Assembly: GCA_033442325.1 (NCBI GenBank)
Contig: JAWQFM010000018.1
Location: forward strand, 249,685-262,452
Source of the DNA: Salpingoeca rosetta
Taxonomy: Eukaryota; Protista; Choanoflagellata
Length of the DNA stretch: 12,768 nucleotides
Direction: 5' to 3'
Part shown: positions 8,215 through 12,768 of the stretch, in pieces
Layout: each line of letters starts with the position of its first letter
How positions within the stretch are numbered: the stretch's first letter is position 1
Program-made: the position numbers and the translations under genes
Notes under the pieces: generated by a model
What the model was told of the DNA's origin: nothing
What the model saw: only the letters and a program-made list of their open reading frames with translations
Databases searched by the model: none

Positions 8215-9846
8215 ATGAAGACGGTTTTGGAAGTGCTGGACAAGTGCGATGAGGCGGCGAGGGCCAGGGACAAGATGCTCCTGCGAGATCAAGTCCGGGA
8301 GCTGATGACTGCGTGCGGCAACCTCAGCGAGACGTCCTCCAACGAGAGCGGCGAGGCCCTCGCAACCAAGGCCAAGGAGCTCGTCAACACCGTCGTGGAG
8401 GTGTTCACGCAGGATTTCACCGAAAAGTCCAACGCCAAGCTGCAGGCCGCCATCAACAGCGTGCGCAACGCCGCCAACAGCGTCGTGCCGCGCGGCGACA
8501 GCGAGAAGCCACCAGAGTTCAACCCATACGACAACTTCAACGACAAGGGCCAGCTGGACGACATCTACGAGTACGATCCACAGTACAACCCTGACACCAC
8601 CTTTTCCAACGATGGGGACTTGGACGGCGCAGACCCCATCTACGCCGACACCGCACACCAGCAGCCCATCTCCGATGGCAGCGACAGCGACACCAGCGTC
8701 CACAGCGACGATGAAGACCTCGACGTCGACGCGACACAGGCGTCACTCGGCAGCAGCATGCGGTCCATTCGCAAGCGCCCGACCATCAACCGCACCCTCT
8801 CCATTGACCCTGAGGAGGACACGGCAGACACTCCGCGCGCCACGCCCGCGCTCTCCAAGGACATTGAGTACCACGTGGAAGTGATTGAGTCGGAGCTTGA
8901 TCATCTCTACAGCGCTGCCGAAGTGTGGGACATCAAGCGCATGGCCTCCACCGCCAAGGCCCTTGTAAGCATGAGCACGCCTGCGTGTGTGCGTTCGGTG
9001 GAAAACACGGACGTGTGCGCGCGTGCGTGTGTGTGTGCGTGTGTGCGTGTGTATGATGTCCCTCTACTGTATGCTCGCAACACGTGTTGCTGAAAAACCT
9101 CCGCACTCTAACTTGGTTGTGTTTCGTGTGTGTGCGTGTATGTGTGTGCGTGTATGTGTGTGCGTGTGTGTATGTGTGTGTGTGTGTGTGTGTGCGTGCG
9201 TGCGTGTGTGTGTGCGTGTGCAGTTTCAGGCGTTTTCGACGCTGCGCAAGTTTGCGGGCCACGAGCGGGACCTGCCACAAGATCTGGAACGCGTCTACCA
9301 GGTGCCATGACAACACGATATTGGGAGGGGTCGAGTTGTGCACGTGCTTGTGCATGGACTTGTTTGCATGTGCCTACAGTCACCCACACGCGAAGACGGC
9401 TGGAAGGAAGAGCGTCAACACACACGCGCCCGTTGGCACACATTGTACAATGCTTGTGATTGCATGCTCACCACGCTGCATCGTCCTCCTCCATACCCCC
9501 TGCTGTTGCCTTGTGCTGCTGTCCACCAGTCTGTGAAGGCCGCCAGCGTCTCCGTCACAGCATATCTGCACAACTTTGCCCAATCCGGACATTCAGAGGC
9601 CACAGAGCCCGCGGTTCGTGACAACGTGCACGCGTGCTTGTATGTGTTGTGTGCGTGAGTTAGTGAGAGAGAGAGTGTGTGTGTGTTTGTGTTTTGATTT
9701 GTGCTTTGACATGTGTATGCGTGTCGCCTCAATACATTTTGGTCGCCAACATCATGTGTTTTGCGGTTGGTTCAATGACAGATTATGGACAGCATCATCA
9801 ACCTCTCTGTCGTCATGCACGATTTCATCGCCGGCATGAGGTCAGG

Positions 9847-9884
<38 letters not shown>

Positions 9885-12633
9885 ACACACACACACACAC
9901 ACAGACACACACACACACACACACACATACACACACTCTCTCGGGAATGCACGCTCACATGCACATACACACGTGTTTGTGCGTGCGTGTAGGCGCTTGA
10001 AGTTTCTTTCGACGGTCACGGAACGGCCCGCCCACCACCTCATGACGCGCATCCAGGAATGCTTCGATGTCAGCGCAACGCCCCACACAGACGACAAGTG
10101 CGTGCACGTGTGTGCGTGCGTGTGTGTGCGTGTGCGTGTGCGTGTGTGTGCGCGTGTGTGTGTGTGTGTGTGTGTGCGTGTGCGTGCGCGTGTGTGTCGA
10201 CCACATAACCAGTGGTGCCACCCCTTCGTGCTTAAAGTTCTGTATGTTCCACCTCGTTTGCGTGCACCTGTTACTTCACGTTCCGCCTACGTGGGCAACG
10301 CGCCAATGATCGCCCCCCGCCCCCTTTTCACCACGTGCCCAACGCATTGTACATGCACGCAGGTGCGAGTGTGTGGACTTTGTGCACTGCAAGCAGACGC
10401 TTCTGCACTGCTCGCAAGCGCTCCTCAGCTCGCTGCAGCAGCTGACAGCAGCCATCCTTGCCCCGTGTCCCGTCACGTGGAAGGTGCAATGACACTTGCG
10501 CATCTGTGTGTGAAGGAGGGAGCATTGTGTTTGCTTGCGTGTTTGTTTGCTTGCGTGTGTTTGCTTGCGTGTGTGTTGTTGCGTGTTGGGACATGGCCTG
10601 CATGCGCGTGTCATTGTATCGAGTGTTGAGAATGGGGGCCTGGATCTCATCACTATCTCGACTTTTGCTTCTTGCGTGCTTCCCGTCATCCACAACAACT
10701 CCTATTTCCACCACCACCGCCACCACCGCCACCACCATCATCCCGCCAGCTTGCGAGCATCTGCGACAACGTTGCGTGGCATATGCAGCGGCTGGTGCAC
10801 ACGAGCGATCTGTTGCACGGCGGGAAGCCGTCGCCACTTCGCCGCCTGTCCTTCGAGACCTGTCAGGTCCTCCTTGGCGGCGTGGCCCTCTTGTGCAAGG
10901 TGCGCATGCGCGTGCCGGTCGTGGGGTCGCTGGTTTGCAGTCTTCACTGCAACAGCGTGATGCACTTTGCTGCTGTGCTGTGACTCGGTTGTGCCCTTGT
11001 GTGATCGGGTTCAACATGTGTTTACAGCGACAGCTTCGCTTCTGTCGCGTTGTGTGGGCACCGTTACTCGCGTCACCTCCCACCATCATCATCACAACCA
11101 CCACCACCAACCCACCATCATCATCACCACCACCACCACAATCACCACCATCGCCTCTCAGCCTGGCGACCTGACGTCCAACGAGTTCCACGCTGCTGTG
11201 AACTCCCTCCACGACTCAATCCCGGCACTGCGTGACAGCACGCAGCAGCTGTTTACGGAATGCTTCCAGCTCGCAACAAACGGAGAGGTGCGGGGACGTT
11301 GTGCATGCCTGTGTGATTGTGCCTGATGTGACTGCGTGCCTGTGTGATCCGTGCGTGTGCAGGTAGTTTGCTTGCCTCCACGGTCGTCACATGTTGCTCG
11401 GTGGCTGCAACATCAACATATGAGCTCACGGCAGTGTTCGCACCTCCATGCACACGACTGCGCCTCTCTGCCGTACATGTTTTAGATCCGAGAGTTGACA
11501 CAGAAGGAGCTTGACGCGGACATTGACGTGAAGGTGAAACTGGACCTCTCTGCCGCACACGCGGAGCCTGAGCAGCAGCCGGACATGAAGGTTTGTTCTT
11601 AACACACACTTGGGTGGCTGACAATCTCGGCCATCCAACACACGCGCATGGACACATCCGCCACACATGCGCACGCAAGCATAAACACACATGCACACAT
11701 GTGGTGACAAAGGCGTGTGTCATCATTGTGCTCACGCGTATGTGTCTGTTGTCATGTGCAGACTGTGGCTGTTGACGGCTACCTCTGCACGAAGACCTTC
11801 AAGGATGTCATCACCAGCCAGGTGTGCGTGCACGCGAGCATGTGTGCTGCTTTTGCGCGCGTGTGTGTGACGTGCGTGGCGAACATGCGTGCTTGTGCTG
11901 TGCCTGCTTCAACAAATGCTCATGCATGAGAGCGTGTTCGTGCATGTGCATGCGTGTGTTGTGTAGGCGTATCAGATTGGTCACATCGTGTCGTTGTCGA
12001 ACATGCCCCGCGACACGACCATCGCTCAAGTCAAGGTGCAGCAACTGCACGTGTTCTGCGCTGTGTGCGTGTGTTGTGTGTGTGCGTGTTGTGCGCGCGC
12101 GTGTGTTGTGTGTGCATGTTGTGTGTGCATGTTGTGTGTGTATATGTACATGTGTGTGTGTGACTGAAGCGCGCACGTCCAATGCAGCATCAGTCACTTA
12201 CTCACCCCATCGACTCAACGACTCACCCCACAATCCAACGCACTAACGACAAACGAACCCACCAACCACCAGGACGCGTTCACACAGAAGTACGACACGC
12301 CCGCGGCCGCGTCACTGCAGCTGCTCTCCCCGGAGCACGAGCTTACAGACGACACGAAGCTCGAAGGTGCGTTGACACCCACCAAGCAAGCACGCCGCGT
12401 TGCTGTTGCTTGTGGACTTTGGAGCCTGCATGCATGGAGCTTTGGTGATGTGGCTGTAGATTACATATTGCAGTGCACCATGTAAATCACCCGCTCACTT
12501 CACACACGCACACACGCACACACGCCTACACTCTGCAGATGTTGTCTCTGAGCACGACCGCCTGCGTGTGTTCGTGTATGAGTTCTGTCCACACCGCAAC
12601 GTTGAAGAGACACGCAAGGAGCTCGCCGAAGGG
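8215..12633 (+). CDS. Hypothetical multi-domain protein, 3'-partial (about 632 aa in window): helical-bundle-like segments, acidic Tyr-motif linker, ubiquitin-like domain. Exons: 8215-8964, 9224-9301, 9530-9613 (alt. 9625), 9782-9840, 9993-10097, 10363-10483, 10750-10899, 11162-11287, 11486-11590, 11762-11821, 11967-12035, 12273-12366, 12539-12633
   Basis: Exon 1 is a 250-codon, GC3-rich stretch ending at donor GTAAGC. Twelve further GT-AG-bounded exons join with matching phases and no stops. A canonical branch point CACTAAC lies at 12241-12247. The last exon ends at donor GTGCGT (12634) with no stop, so the gene continues beyond the window. The product is not recognised and the domain calls are by eye. 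Confidence 0.8.
9126..9220 (+). repeat. Imperfect (GT)n tract running up to the acceptor at 9223
   Basis: Direct reading. Confidence 0.9.
9848..9936 (+). repeat. (CA)n tract with periodic CAGA interruptions at the 5' end of intron 9841-9992
   Basis: Direct reading. Confidence 0.9.
10098..10197 (+). repeat. Imperfect (GT)n/(GCGT)n tract starting at donor 10098
   Basis: Direct reading. Confidence 0.9.
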
Positions 12634-12672
12634 GTGCGTAGTTTTTATCGCATTCAACTGAGCACACAAACA

Positions 12673-12675
<3 letters not shown>

Positions 12676-12725
<50 letters not shown>
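12676..12725 (+). repeat. Pure (CA)n microsatellite (~25 units) in the last visible intron
   Basis: Direct reading. Confidence 0.95.
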
Positions 12726-12726
<1 letters not shown>

Positions 12727-12768
12727 TTGTTGGGTGTATATGTTTCATCGTGAGGGAATTTTGGTGGA

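Noticed and set aside
12565-12610. Protein kinase call from VFVYEFCPHRNV (hinge-like)
   Set aside because: No Gly-rich loop or VAxK upstream. The segment fits better as the last strand of a ubiquitin-like domain.
4173-12748. Minus-strand ORFs and HT/CV-repeat ORFs
   Set aside because: They are antisense shadows of real exons or translations of (CA)n/(GT)n tracts, with no independent motif or splice support.

Overview
Eukaryotic, intron-rich genomic DNA. Introns are mostly ~150-280 bp, GT-AG, and packed with (GT)n/(CA)n microsatellites, a style resembling the choanoflagellate Salpingoeca rosetta; the species is inferred, not verified. Positions 1-~3735 hold a G/T-rich minisatellite of 49/50/55-bp units (about 51 clean units after a 100-N gap at 928-1027, about 15-18 before it). 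Most units can be drawn as a ~37-nt imperfect hairpin with a variable apex plus a 13/18-nt linker. The giant Cys-rich ORFs over it are probably repeat artefacts. A ~380-bp spacer with clustered direct-repeat motifs precedes a complete 7-exon + strand gene (4117-7203, 524 aa by manual splicing) encoding a COG0523/CobW-family G3E GTPase zinc metallochaperone of the bacterial YciC/ZigA-like type. A second + strand gene starts at 8215 and runs off the window (13 coding exons, about 632 codons so far). It encodes an unrecognised protein with predicted helical-bundle segments, an acidic Tyr-motif linker and a ubiquitin-like domain.
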